The translations under genes were made by a program, and so were the position numbers. From Spongospora subterranea f. sp. subterranea (Eukaryota), in NCBI GenBank assembly GCA_049724395.1, contig JAUGWO010000059.1, positions 62,001-126,000 of the forward strand: a DNA stretch of 64,000 bases. The letters run 5' to 3'. Shown here piece after piece: positions 44,744 through 61,111 of the stretch. Every line of letters begins with the position of its first letter. Position 1 is the first letter of the stretch. The notes under the pieces were generated by a model that saw nothing but the letters and a program-made list of their open reading frames with translations, had not been told where the DNA came from and did no database searches.

Positions 44744-45383
44744 TGAACCGGTACGAAGCGGATCAGCGATGACCCAAGACCCGAATTCTCGTCCCCTGAC
44801 GACGAGGTGACGACAGTGAATAGGGTTATGCTGCGCACTGTGGAAGTATGTTTCCGCCGTATTTTGGTGTTTCATGGAGCTGGCCAATTGTTCGGCATTT
44901 CACACAGTTGGGGCAGGTAAGTGAGACGTTGGCTGTTCTTTGGATAGTTAATGGGAGTTTGTTTAGGGCGTAAAAGAGTCTCAGCGTAGTACGTACTGTC
45001 TCGTGTTTGACTGTAGTCCGTAACCCAAACAATTGCGGTTACATCAGTGACAATGGAACACGGCCACGTGTAACGCTGTACATTGTTGAAGAATTGGCCA
45101 TGTGTAACGAGACATTTATGTTACTTGTTCAGTCGACTGGAACTGGACATGAGTTGCCAACGATAATACGCCACCTGTGGGTCAATATCGACTCTTGTGT
45201 CCCTGGACCATGCCAAACACCACCTTCCTGTTTGACCAGGTTACCGAGTACGGTTTGTCGAGCTGGTTCTCGGTCCTGGTAATTGTGAAAATATCCTGGA
45301 TAGAGAGAAGAAAGAGGGGGGAATTGAATGGTCCCCGCAGCAATTTCCCTGATTGAGACGTGATCAGCATTGTGGTCGGCTGA

Positions 45384-46926
<1,543 letters not shown>

Positions 46927-47064
46927 ACTAGAACGTGTAGTAAAACTATCGCGATTAGCGATCAAAATTATTCAGCACAGTTCTATCAAGCAACAACTGG
47001 TGTTTTTCTATCGGAACAAACAACAAATTCAAAAAATGGTTTAAGCGCTTTATTTCATAGAATA

Positions 47065-49585
<2,521 letters not shown>

Positions 49586-49859
49586 CCTGGATGACAATGA
49601 CCCTAGAGAAACCCCTGGTCATCACCAGAACCTAGCTACCTCAACCGATGGATCAACCACGGACTTGTGACGGTGTCCGTGGCGGACTTTGCTCGAGATT
49701 CGTCACAAGACCTGGTACGACTCGGCAGTGTTCGCACTTAAGCCCAGTTATAGCCATTAACCGTCTCCAAAACATCAACGAACGTGTAATAATGATCATT
49801 TATTTAACGATGACATGAGAAATGTAAAGTTGATTTTATCGGAAAATGATTGATTGTTT

Positions 49860-51467
49860 TCAGAATACAATAACGATAACAGTGATGTTATCTTGACTTC
49901 TCTGGCCAAAGGCCAAATTAGCGAGAGCTTGTGCAGCAAGAGTTGGCTTTTCGCTCATAGGGCTATCATCATTGGCGAGGAATCTCCTAACAAAAGTCCC
50001 GGCTTCATGATCGGTGAGAACGTCCCAGACGCCATCACACGCGATGATACAAAACTCATCATTATCCTCGAGCACGGTCCGGCCTAAACCGAAGTTAGAA
50101 GATGGACCAGCTTTCCGACTAAATTTTTGTACTGATATAAGGGTCAGCCGATACGCTAGGCTTCAAATGATGATCTCCCAGAGCTCTTGAGACAGCCTTA
50201 CGTGGTACAGATGTTTGAGTCTCGAACATATTGGGATTTTCAGACCTACCAGAACGCCATTCACGCGATTGTCCGAGACAAATCCTCCAGCAAGTCTGAT
50301 TCGTTCTATTTCGCTATCCAAACCAGGTTTGTGATCATATGATAACCGTCTAACACCGTCTGCCTGACAGTGCGCATCGTCAGCCCGAGATCGTAAGGAC
50401 TGATATCAATCCGACCTTAGTCAGAACTGCCCGAGTATCTCCAGCATTGGAGCAGTATAAAACGCGATCTTTCCTCTCATTGCGGATCATACAGACAACA
50501 GCTGTGGACCCTAATAGAATATGTTGCATTGATACGTGTGAAACAGATTTGCCAGAGGAATACTTAAAAACCTGAATCTAAAATAGAACGCCTTCGGATT
50601 TGAGCATCTGTTATGTGAAATGCTGATTGCAGATGCTGCTCAATCGTCATATCGTCACCATTTCTCAGCAAAGAATGCTCAAGATTCTGAAGATGTATCA
50701 GCGAAGTCAGTTTCGCATATCAACTGCAGAATCCGTATACAATGTGCAAGCTTCGAACACAAAAGTCCACGGCAGCGCGTCCACCATGTCCATCATAGCA
50801 ACAAAACAATCCCTTCAACAAATTAGATGCAACATTTCAAACAATCATGCAGCAATACAGTTGACGGGTCTCCAGTGAACGAATCAATTAACAGGTGTTC
50901 GTCTTCCATATGCGGACGGCGACCTTGCCGCCCAAATGCGCCAGCACCTCGCACAGAGCTCCACCTACAAAAAAATGAGATTTTAATGCAAGCTCTACTT
51001 CTGGGCAAATTGACAGACACATGGTCTGCCGGAAGGTGCTGTATATGCATGAATCGTGCATATAGTTCTTTTCTAAAAGAAATTATCGACAAACGCGCTT
51101 TTCGAATGTTTGCGATTGAATTGCGCTCATCTTCCTCGTCAACTGAATCTGGAAGTGCGAAGACATGTGGATCGGCATCTTGCACGAAGCCAACCGCCTT
51201 CAATAGATCCATACCATGTTTCAAATGGCCGAGCCTCTCCTACAAAATTACTGTTTGGAAGGCGTGTCTCAACTAGCTCCAGGACTTGATATCAGATCTT
51301 ACCTGAAAGTTGACGTTGGATATCCGAATTCGCCGAAAACAGGGAGTTTGCGGATAGTCAATAATGTTGTTCACGAAAACGAGCATGGTGTCCAAACCCT
51401 CGATCACTTCGATGATGGAACAATCCGTATCGGATTCGATTGCCGCCAACACCGATTCGATTTGCAT
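49860..51467 (-). CDS. PUB domain fused to a PP2C-family phosphatase, multi-exon
   Basis: N-terminal VNNIIDYP..PCFRRIRISNVNFQ..GMDLLKAVGF (PUB); then QGRRPHMEDEH, DGHGG, SNAGDTRAV, AVSRALGD, IIACDGVWDV, SQDNITV (PP2C). Confidence 0.88.
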
Positions 51468-52093
51468 GAGCGCCCCAGATGGGTCTCTTGCCCGAATCGC
51501 AACGCGATCACCTGATCAATTCCTGATCAATGAGAAATGAAATAGTTCTTCCAGTCAATCAGCTCAAAGATCAGATAAATCCACTTAAGGAAGGGATAAC
51601 GTAAACATCCTAGAGTCGGGAAACGGAAGGCGCAGCCCCCGCCATGCCCACTGATACCGTAATAAGCGGGATGGGGGTCGTGCTCAGTCAGTCAGTCAGC
51701 CGGGGGACACTCTCCACTGTTGTACAGTCACGCTTGAGTTGGGTCGGCTCAGTCAGGCCTCTACATATAGTGTATACATGAGCGGGTCGCCGTCAGTCAG
51801 ACCTCCTCACATGATTGGCAAGTCCGCCACTCACCCCCCGTGACGGCCGGGCATGCGCATGCCGCCCAAGTCGAGTCTGAAGTTCCAGAAACTCGACGAG
51901 GTCAAGTTTTGGCCTAACGGTCCCGTTATCGTGTGACAGGAGAGTCATGTGCGGAGAGTCATGTGCAGACCTCTCGTTGGGTTTCGACAGGGTGAACCAG
52001 CATTATCATTACCTGTTCCACTGAACAGATCGCCATGGTGATTGGTGTGTGATCCTGCGATCCCTTTGGCCGACCCAGAAATCGTGTGTCGGT

Positions 52094-53935
52094 TTATATA
52101 GAGTAGAAGCACATATGGGCCTGGGTATCCTGATGATCGTATGGGCCAGGCATATGGCGATAGCTGACCCCCCTTGTGCACCCAACCGTCCTCATCTGTA
52201 CCGTAGACGGCACCCCACTCAGGAACGGCCCCGCTTCGCCATACCCGAGATTGACGGCCACGATCGCCCCGGGCTTGGCGTTCGCCACCAGCTCCATCGC
52301 CGCCACGTGGTCGATACAGTCGATGGTCTGTCGTTCATCAAAGAACGGCCCCAAATCCAAATCGCGCCCCGAACAAAAACCAACCTGATACGGCCCGCAT
52401 TCCACCTGGTTCAGAACAACGAAATCGCAACGCTCGTGGGCGTCGTCAACCCATTTCGGGATCGTCTCGGCAATGGGCCCCCGATTCACGTCGATACGGT
52501 TCAGACCGTCACGTTCCCGCACGAGCTCCACCGCCGTCGTTGCCGATTCCTCGAACAGGACGATCTTCGTGGACCTGAACCCCAGCGATCGTCGTGGATT
52601 GTTGTCGTTCGTGGGCGAAACGGTGCGATCGTACCTGCTGATCGCCAGCAGCGCCGCGATCTCCTTCCCGTGTCCGGCGCCCACGACGCACGTCGTTCTG
52701 ACGGCCGCACTGGCCCCGACGATCAGCAGCTCGTCGATGAGGTTGCGGAAATCGGCGGGGAGGGGCGTTGTCGAGGGCGACGGGAGCGTCGCGTCGAGAT
52801 CGGCAAAGATGGTGTCGCGCAGGAACGGGATTACCTGGGGCGTTCCCGCCGGGAGCAATGGCGTTTGGCGATCGGGACAGGCGCCGGGATCGTTCGGGAA
52901 CACGTATTGTCCAACGCACCCGACCTGACGTAGATGGCATTAGGAGACCGGATGGCGTCATGTGCCGGAGCCGGCCCCACCTGGCGAACGGTGCCGTCGA
53001 CGCCCAACCACGACGCCTTGGTCCATTTCGGGTCGGAATCGGAATAGAAACAGGAAAGCTGGCGGATGACGCCCTGGTCCACCAGACCCTCGAAGCGGTA
53101 GTCGATACGGAACGGGGGAAGCTGGTCATGTTCGGTGTGGTCCAGGTACACCAGGGTGTCGCAATCGGCGTGCTGATCGGCGAACAGCTGGGCGAATCGC
53201 GATTCGTGGCAGAGCGCCGGGGCGGCGAAATCGATGACGCAGCCGGCGAAATCGGGGAACACCAACGAGCACGTTCGACCTGTGGTTGGGAGGGCGATGA
53301 TCAATCAATAGATGTCGTCGATCGGATCAACTTACCAGGGTTCCGTTCGTGCCACGCGGGAAACGCCGAAAACGCGTCGCCTTTGATCGCCTCGAACCGT
53401 CGCGAATCGTATTGTTCGGTCATTGTCGCCAGGAAATCCGTCTTGGGTTGTCCGGTCCAGTAATCGAACGACGCCACCTGATTGGTCGGGCTGGCCTCCA
53501 GGAACAACGTCGACGTCTGCCCGTTCCCGAACCCGCCCTCGCAATAGAGCTTGTCCCCCGGCCCAGGTCGTCGCGCGATCAGGTTCAGGACGCCGAACGA
53601 CTCCGGGAACAGGAACGTTCCGCCCTGGTCCGATCAGTGTTCGTCTGTTGTCGATCGCCCAAAACGGATCTCACCTCAGTATGGCCGTGTTTGGCGCCGA
53701 TCTCCTCCAGCCGATCGAGTGTCGATTGGAACCCGTCGAAGATGTCCAGGGGAACGTGCCGACCGCAGGACGACGTGGCCAGGCACCTGGCGCCAACACG
53801 GTCGGTCGCACGCCGATCGGCCGGACTGTGTAGGTAGGTGACGTGGACGACGAGGACCAGGAAGGTGGCGATACCCAGGAAGAGGAGCTGATATCCAGAG
53901 CGGGGCGGAAGGTGGCGTTGGTAGCGCCCCTTCAT
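52094..53935 (-). CDS. Type II membrane protein with two class I SAM methyltransferase-like (Methyltransf_24-like) domains
   Basis: N-terminal TM LLFLGIATFLVLVVHV; domain 1 YCEGGFGNGQTS..VASFD..EAIKGDA; domain 2 TCVVGAGHG..IVLFE..VNRGPIAETIP..CDFVV; GT-AG introns join the frames. Confidence 0.6.
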
Positions 53936-54134
53936 CGCCCCCGTATATGCGATAGTATTGGGATACAAGGCGGCGCAACAGCCAGCGATCAGCCATCCCA
54001 ACACATGTTACTGGCGAAAATTTAAGGCCAACAGTACCAGGGGCTCGTCCTCTGGGGTTTTCGGTGTTCGTCGCCGAGATACTCAATACAACAGCTCGTC
54101 TTTGAACAGGACACTGAGCTGATGCCGATTGGAA

Positions 54135-55329
54135 TCAGCGGGATCGCTCAGCCAGTTCCATGGTCAAAATCGTTTTCTCCTCCGTTTGGGTCAGATACTT
54201 CTCGTTGGGCAGACGATGGCCCACAGGGGACAGGTCATCCGATGCCTTCCTACACACCCGGTGTGCACCGACTGGTAATGGCAGCCGTGTTGCGAGTTTT
54301 GGTTGTTGCAAGACGCCAGCCATGAAAACATGCTGCATTTACACGCCCCAATGCTAGGGCAAACCGTTGGATTCCGTTCGAGTCGGTTATACTGCTCCCT
54401 CCACGACATTCGCATTCGCGATGTTCAAGTGGCCTTCTCAAGTGGATCAAGTGGCCCAATGGGCACGGTCCCAACTCGGATGGACCTGAAACTTTCTCAC
54501 ATGTCTGTTCAATACATTTATAACCAATATCAACTATTGGCCAGGAGCCGAATGGTGTAGCCTGTACTATCACCCGCTTCAGAGGGCATTCTTGTCTGTC
54601 GAGTGGATCAAGTGGCCCAATGGGCGCGGTCCCAATTTATCAATGTGGGTGCCCACGCAGGGGACACCCATCATCCATTTATGTTGATAACAGTATCCAC
54701 CATTTCCCTTGCCACAGCGACATCGTCTTGAGCGGCTTACGTGTGCGCTGTGTGAAAATCAATAAGCAACCCAGCGGCTGTGTGCTCGGACGCAACGGTT
54801 TGACTGCATTCGGCACCATCTTCGCGTGTTAGGCGATTAATACCGGTTTGGATATTGCGTATCTGGAGTTCAAGATTGCATATCAGGCGTTCATTTCGGG
54901 TTAGGCCGCGCTCGAATATAACTGCCAATGCGGAGGCAACTCAGCGTGAACGTCAGATGTGCTGGTACACATCTGAGCAACACCCCTCTTGGTTGTCGGT
55001 TCTGTCGGGCTCCTTGCCAAATTCACGTTTGCGCGCTTGAATTTGGCGCCTCGAGATCGACGATCGACAGAGGATTCGGCGTCGTCGGTCCGCCGCTTGG
55101 TGACCTGACGTCCTGCTTGAGCAACGATGGGCAATTTCAACCGGGATTTGATAACCATGTTGATCAATAGGAATCCAACAAAAGTAGGCAGACGTCGATC
55201 CCATAGATATTTCCGCTGCCCGCTTTGGAATGGCGAATTTCCGAGGACTGGCTTGTACATGTGGTGTTTTCCCCGTGTTCTAATTGATCGGGATTGAAAG
55301 TGCAACGCGTTGGCATTGATGTCCGACAC
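54135..55329 (-). mobile_element. MULE/SWIM-type transposase relic
   Basis: Degenerate LP.FVGFLLIN...SRLKL, KRRTDDAESS, FKRANVNL and SWREQY..ACKCSMF resemble fungal-type MULE C-terminal motifs; internal 34-bp direct repeat at 54441 and 54602. Confidence 0.4.
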
Positions 55330-56849
55330 TCATGCCAACGATGTTGAGGTTCGACAATAATAAAAGTAAAACCGCAGGGCGATCATTACAGCTGAACAGG
55401 ACGGATCGTGACCAAGAAAATAGCGATTCCAACCAATATCTGCCAACAGATCTGCCCTCAATATGGTGCATGTTTATCGAACCGGAATCCCAAGAAATCG
55501 CTGCCAACCCTGAATCTTTGCCGGCAATATTCCACAGAAATCATTCCAGGGCGTCAAAAAAGGGTCTGTTTTCAAGAACGTCCGGATTCGTCGAGAGGAC
55601 ATTTCGATGGAGATGTCCGTGAATGATGTTGGAATTGGGCGCCCCGTTATCGCCATCATAACCAGCATCAGACGCGCCACAACATCAACCTACACCCGAT
55701 AACCCGGTCGCCTCGACGTTAGCCCCATTGACAACGAACGTCTATCAAAAAATGGTCTGTGGCTGCAAACCGTGTTTGACATTGTGTTCAGGTCCATTTG
55801 CTTCTTCCTTGTCGCTTTCCCATATCTTTTGACTGAATTCGGCGCCAACTGCCTCGTCGACAACTCTCAACAGATTGTAAAATGATCAGGAAATTCCCCC
55901 CCCCCCGGTTATGATCGAATCGATGGTGAACGAGTCGCCAATGTCGGTGAGATTTTTCTTTTCTGTATACGCGATTCACGATTTGCCAAGGGCGGAATTC
56001 ACTCCATCGTCGTCATTGGCCGGTGATATTGACAATCTGGTGTAGTAGACTGGCACGTTCAGACAACAAAACAAAACGCATTTTCCATTTGAAATTCCTC
56101 GCGAACGTCAACTGACCGAATGATCTCGTCTGATCGCCTAAAGAGATATCGCCCCCAAACGAAGATCAGGGGGCGATCGGTCATGATCAGATCATGTGTC
56201 GGTGTGAACATCTGTGTATGATCTAACAACATTGGCCGATCGCCAATCCCGTCACCACACTTACACAATCAAATATTATCGACGTCACGTTCCAGTGTTC
56301 GAGCGGGGTGTCGTTCCAAAGAAATGTCGGCGATCTTGTAGGCCGGACGACGGTGTCACGTTGATGGCGCCAGCAGCTGCATCCATGATCGTCCGACATC
56401 CCTCGAATACGGCTAAGACGACCGCGTTTCGCCATTATCCTCGTCGTTGACCGTTTTTCTGTCAATCCAGCAGAGGTCCTGGCCAATATCGTCCCAGCTA
56501 TGGGTGTCCTCCGGATCCGATCCATGATGCCTGACCAGTTAGGAAGCCAATAAACCCCGACTTCCATCACCCAAACCGAAACCAAATCAAACAAACGAGA
56601 CCGATTGTGGAATGTGTGGTTTGTCAACGAACCGCAACGGATCGTCAAAGTCGGGGACCACAACAAAAGACGCAAACTCCCAAATCCAACACTCGAAAAA
56701 GAACAGTGCCCTAGTGAGGGGTTTTCTTTGTGATTGGGTTCAACACATTTGTGTTAGGTCTTCTGTAGTACCCCATATCTACTCCAGGGCCAGTTGGCGA
56801 TGACTCGTCATCTGGGCACAAACTCCTGTGTTTGTGATAAGAACCAACG

Positions 56850-57345
56850 CTATACATTACTCAGCAGTCTGACCCAGAACAATGGTAGTGTGAGGTTGGG
56901 ATGACTAAAACCCCAAAACCCATTGGGACACAGGGGAAATTCCTTACGGAACACCATTGCTGCAGGACATGTCGCCATCATCGCAAACCAGCTGATTGTT
57001 TTTTTCCTCTGGGAGTTTTCAAGAGACTGCCTCCTCTTGTAAACGTACATGACCTCAAACAAAACATCCTCTTCGTCTTGCTTTGTTCAGCATTCCATTC
57101 ATTTCTGGCGGATGTGTTCACAGTGCTGACTCGAACTCGGTCCCTAATAAATAGATTAGTTTGTTAGAGTTGGCAGTTCTATTCTTCCTGTTGACAGTCC
57201 CACTGCGTTTAGGTGATTGATTGTCAACAAAAGAATAGCCCTGCCAACTCTAACAAACTAAACTACTGACGAGCCCTTCACTAGGGCAGAAACCCAGCCC
57301 TAGATTGTTGTCTGATTGGGTTATCTTGATAGATTGGGTTGAGTC
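56850..57345. mobile_element. PLE fragments flanking a hairpin and a hammerhead-like core
   Basis: Plus strand VGMTK...FLTEH (GIY-YIG-like); minus strand IKITQSDNNLGL (ADKNLG-like); CTGACGA-stem-GAAAC at 57266-57293. Confidence 0.4.
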
Positions 57346-57501
57346 GAAGCTTTGGTTTGGACTTTTGGGCGTCGCTTTTCCCCTCTCTTTTTTCGCCCCA
57401 TTCTGTTTCCCTAATCGAATACACATCAATAGCGGAATAGAGGGCCTCCCTAAGGTCACCAACCCCTTTCCTCGAATGGCCGCGGCTAGAATCCTGTCGA
57501 A

Positions 57502-58431
57502 ATCGATTTGGCAATTCGTCGCTCTTTGGGTCATGACGTCCCCATATTTGATAATCATGTGTCCATCACAGAAATTCGACCATTTTTGGGACCAAACCGA
57601 TCGCGTATCTGGGAAACGGTGCTTCTAACTCGCTGTCTCAAATTCATGTCTTTTCGCGAAGCATTCGACCGACTACCGCGAGAGCCGAGGACTGGCCTAG
57701 TCATCTGGATTTATGTTGTTTAGGTGCAGTATATGTGCTTCCGATATGTTCGACCTCGAACATAAAGATAGGATGTTTCTATTGCGGCGGAAGGCTGTGA
57801 TAAATTGGACACCTGATTCTTTGGTCCAAGGGTGATCGTTCAGGCGTCGAATCAATTCTCTGATATTCGTCAGTATTGTAGAAAAGGCCCAGTTCGCCGC
57901 TAGACAGATTCAACACACTATAGCAAAAGAAGCTAAGGCCGAAAAGGCACGGAAAGAAGCCGCCGACCGTAACGCCATCGTTGAAATTTCTAAAGAATCT
58001 CTCGCCAAACTCGTTGCGTCTCAAGTTGCCATTGCACTTCGAAAAAACGGAAGCAGAAACAACAAGCAGAGAATCAGGTGTCCAATTTATCACAGCCTTC
58101 CGCCGCAATAGAAACATCCTATCTTTATGTTCGAGGTCGAACATATCGGAAGCACATATACTGCACCTAAACAACATAAATCCAGATGACTAGGCCAGTC
58201 CTCGGCTCTCGCGTTTTCGCCCAGGATGAGGACGTCACATCGCATGCGGTGCAATCAGGCGGACAGTTGTTCGGTCGAATGGTTCGCGAAAAGACATAAC
58301 TTTGAGACAGCGAGTTAGAAGCACCGTTTCCCAGATGCGCGATCGGTTTGGTCCCAAACTGTGATGGACGTCATGATATCATCAAATATGGGGACGTCAC
58401 GACGCAAAGAGCGACGAATTGCCAAATCGAT
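57502..58431. repeat. Nested inverted repeat: perfect 144-bp inner arms (57677-57820 / 58070-58213) plus diverged outer arms
   Basis: Inner arms are exact reverse complements by eye; outer arms 57502-57672 / ~58272-58431 differ by substitutions and indels. Confidence 0.95.
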
Positions 58432-58731
58432 CTGGTCGGACGTTAATAAGTCCGAGGAGACCCCAAGGACTTCTTCAGGACGCGCAGTTGCTGACTCGCT
58501 CGCGCCTGACGACATTTTGAGACGCCAAAAGGCCCCGCCGAAGTTCGGAGATTCGGTCCAGGACGTCCTGGACGTTCCTGATCTCGCTCAAGACGTTGCT
58601 GGACAATTGAGGCCAAGAATCAAGCATCGGTGGCATCGGAATCAGGCTTGGAGGTGGAACGATCGGACGATCGGAGCCTAATTGGGCAGCGAGGAGGAGG
58701 AGAATGATGGACGTTGCGCCTTCACGGAACG

Positions 58732-58922
58732 GAACAAACCGAGAAAGTAGAGAATATTGCTGGGATTACTTACGAATGATATCTTGGTGGCAGTTGAGAA
58801 GGATGTAGAGATAGAAGCGTCTCGTCTATAATCCTAGTCAACTTCTATTTCTACACCCTACTGCTAGCAAGATATCATTCGTAAGTAATCCCAGTAATAT
58901 TCTCCACTTTCTTGGTTTGTTC
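58732..58922. repeat. Long imperfect hairpin (~80-bp stem, ~23-nt loop)
   Basis: gaacaaaccgagaaagtagagaatattgctgggattacttacgaatgatatcttg pairs with caagatatcattcgtaagtaatcccagtaatattctccactttcttggtttgttc. Confidence 0.92.
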
Positions 58923-58980
58923 AATTCAGAACCCGACAATCGATGGATATATCAAGGGCGAACTGTTCGGCATCAGCCGA

Positions 58981-59265
58981 TGCCGATCAACGCTTGACGA
59001 TCGGCGCGAAGCTGGCCTGCAGAGTGTAGCGCCATTCGTAAATTTGTCGAAGTTGAACGTCTTTGATAGATGTTGAGTGGAGTTGTGATCTTGACCACCC
59101 TGGTCCGATCTTCCCCAGCACGCGATCATCTTTCCGACCAACCTATCGCTACAGCAGACATTGCCCTTGTCCAGTCCAGCAAACAGTAAACGACGAAATT
59201 CGATCCCTAGCGCAAACTGAACGACGCAGGCCAGCTTGGCGCCGATCGTCAAGCGTTGATCGGCA
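58981..59265. repeat. Inverted repeat with 40-bp arms (58981-59020 / 59226-59265), 39/40 identity
   Basis: tgccgatcaacgcttgacgatcggcgcgaagctggcctgc and its near-exact reverse complement. Confidence 0.92.
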
Positions 59266-59465
59266 CCTTTGGTCACAAGTAATTACCGGTAGGAATCGAC
59301 AAGATCTCTATAGTTCTCCATCGCATGTCGATTAGCTGTCCAGACGAGGCCGTTGTGAATGGCGACACGATTTCCCCCTCGGCAGATCGTGATCTGAAAA
59401 CAGGTACACCATTATCGATCCCTCGTTAGGGTCCTGGAACATCATCGAATCGGCGTCGCGTCTCG

Positions 59466-61062
59466 ATGCCGTCAACGTCGTTCGAGGAGGCGAAGGCGTT
59501 CCTCCAGAAGACCACGCCAACGTCGTCCGTCTCCGTCTACGATCACCTATCGGACCTGGTCCTGCGCGTCCTGCGCGATTCGCCGTCGGATGCGCTGGCG
59601 AACATCGAGACGATCTCGACCCTGGTCAAGGCCGAGCGCCTGCGCCCCGCCCGGCTCGAGGAAGGGTTCGCCGCCGACCCTGGCGCCGACTGGAAATCCG
59701 CCATGGTGCGATCGTCGGTCGAGGTGGCGAGCCTGTTCCCGGCGCCGTCGCCCGACACCGACACGCCCGATCCGCCGACGGTTCGCTCGAACGACATCCT
59801 GGGGGAGTCGTCGCTGCTGCAATGGGCTGGCGTTGGATTCGGTGATGAAGCCACGCTGAAGCTAGCGTTAGCTGTGCAGAACCTGGAACCATTGGTGATT
59901 ACCGATTGATTGGCGCCTCCCTGATCTCAAATACGGATCTCAGGTCCCAAACGCAATCTCGATCCGGTTTTTCGGGCGGTTCATGTGCGTTTCGGGGGAT
60001 TATTCGGTCTGCGAGGTGGCGCTGTCGGAACACGACGCCCCCGCTGACGATATCGCCGAAACGCGGGCCGAACCGCCCGGCCAGGGCGCCAACACGCACG
60101 TGTATTACGTTATGTCGTCGAATCGATTCGGTAAGGGCGAAAAACGCCGATCGCCGGAACGTCGCTGAGATGAGGGTTCAGGGTCGTGGACGAAACTTCC
60201 CCATGTTCTTCCTGAACAAATTCGCATCTGCTGTTCAAAGAAACGATTGTTGAGCGGTGATCTGAGCGCCAGCGTTGGTGGGACGCCGTTTTTCAGATGG
60301 AACGAGGCGGCGTTCGTACGAGCGCTGATCGCGCGAATTGGGGCGTCGACCATCATCGCACCGAAAGGGTTCTACGAGACCAAGGAGGACGAAGGTGGGA
60401 TCGGGCCCGCCGAGACGTTCGATGCGCCGGCGCCAAGCGCGATGACCACCGTGGACGGCTGGGTCCATCGCCACGCCGCCGTCCTGAAACAGGGCCGGAT
60501 GGCGCCGTTCGTCAAAGAGGAGTCGGAGGAGGCGGCCGAGAAGGAAGCAGTGGAAGGCGAAGCCGACGAGGAACCGGAAGAGGTGTTGCAATGACCGATC
60601 TTCGTTTGCGTCTCTTCGCCCTTAACAGCTCTCTCTCTCTGTGTGCGACTCAGGCCGTACCGGCCCTGCGGTCATTGGCCGACGACGTCTCCGATCTGGG
60701 CCCATCGCTCTGGTCGTTTCGAGTCGTGGGCGGTCCCCATTCGATCGTGACGGCCGCGTCGTTGACATGGCCAGGAGCTGTCGCCGTCATCAAGGGAAAG
60801 GTCATCGAACTTCCCTAAAAACAAAAAAACGAAAAAAAAGCCCATTTCCAACTGCTGAAACCTGTTGTTTCTTTAGGTGTTCGTCAATGTTTATATTGGC
60901 GATGGGCAACGGCAAACGGCTCGTCCACGCCAGCCGATATTGCCCGGCGCCTTTCAGGGCGAGTTCAAGGACGAGCCGGACGAGCCCAAGTTGACTTTCC
61001 AGGAAGATCCGCTTCCTCCACCGGCGACCGAACCGGAATCGCCTGTTGAACCCCAATCATAA
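59466..61062 (+). CDS. RSPH4/6: Radial spoke head protein 4/6-like, multi-exon
   Basis: AKAFLQK..SVYDHLSDLVLRVL, WAGVGFG, RFFGRF..DY, EPPGQGANTHVYYV, EAAFVRALIARI, WVH...LKQGR, SLTWPGA, NVYIGDG. Confidence 0.92.
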
Positions 61063-61111
61063 TAAACCCCTGAGATTCTTTCAACAACGACCCGTCGGGC
61101 GTCTCGACTGG

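Noticed and set aside
52049..53837. Multiple long overlapping ORFs on both strands
   Set aside because: High GC suppresses stop codons; only the spliced minus-strand frame has coherent motifs.
55332..56675. Possible hAT BED finger or pogo DDE relics
   Set aside because: Motif similarity is too weak to support a family call.
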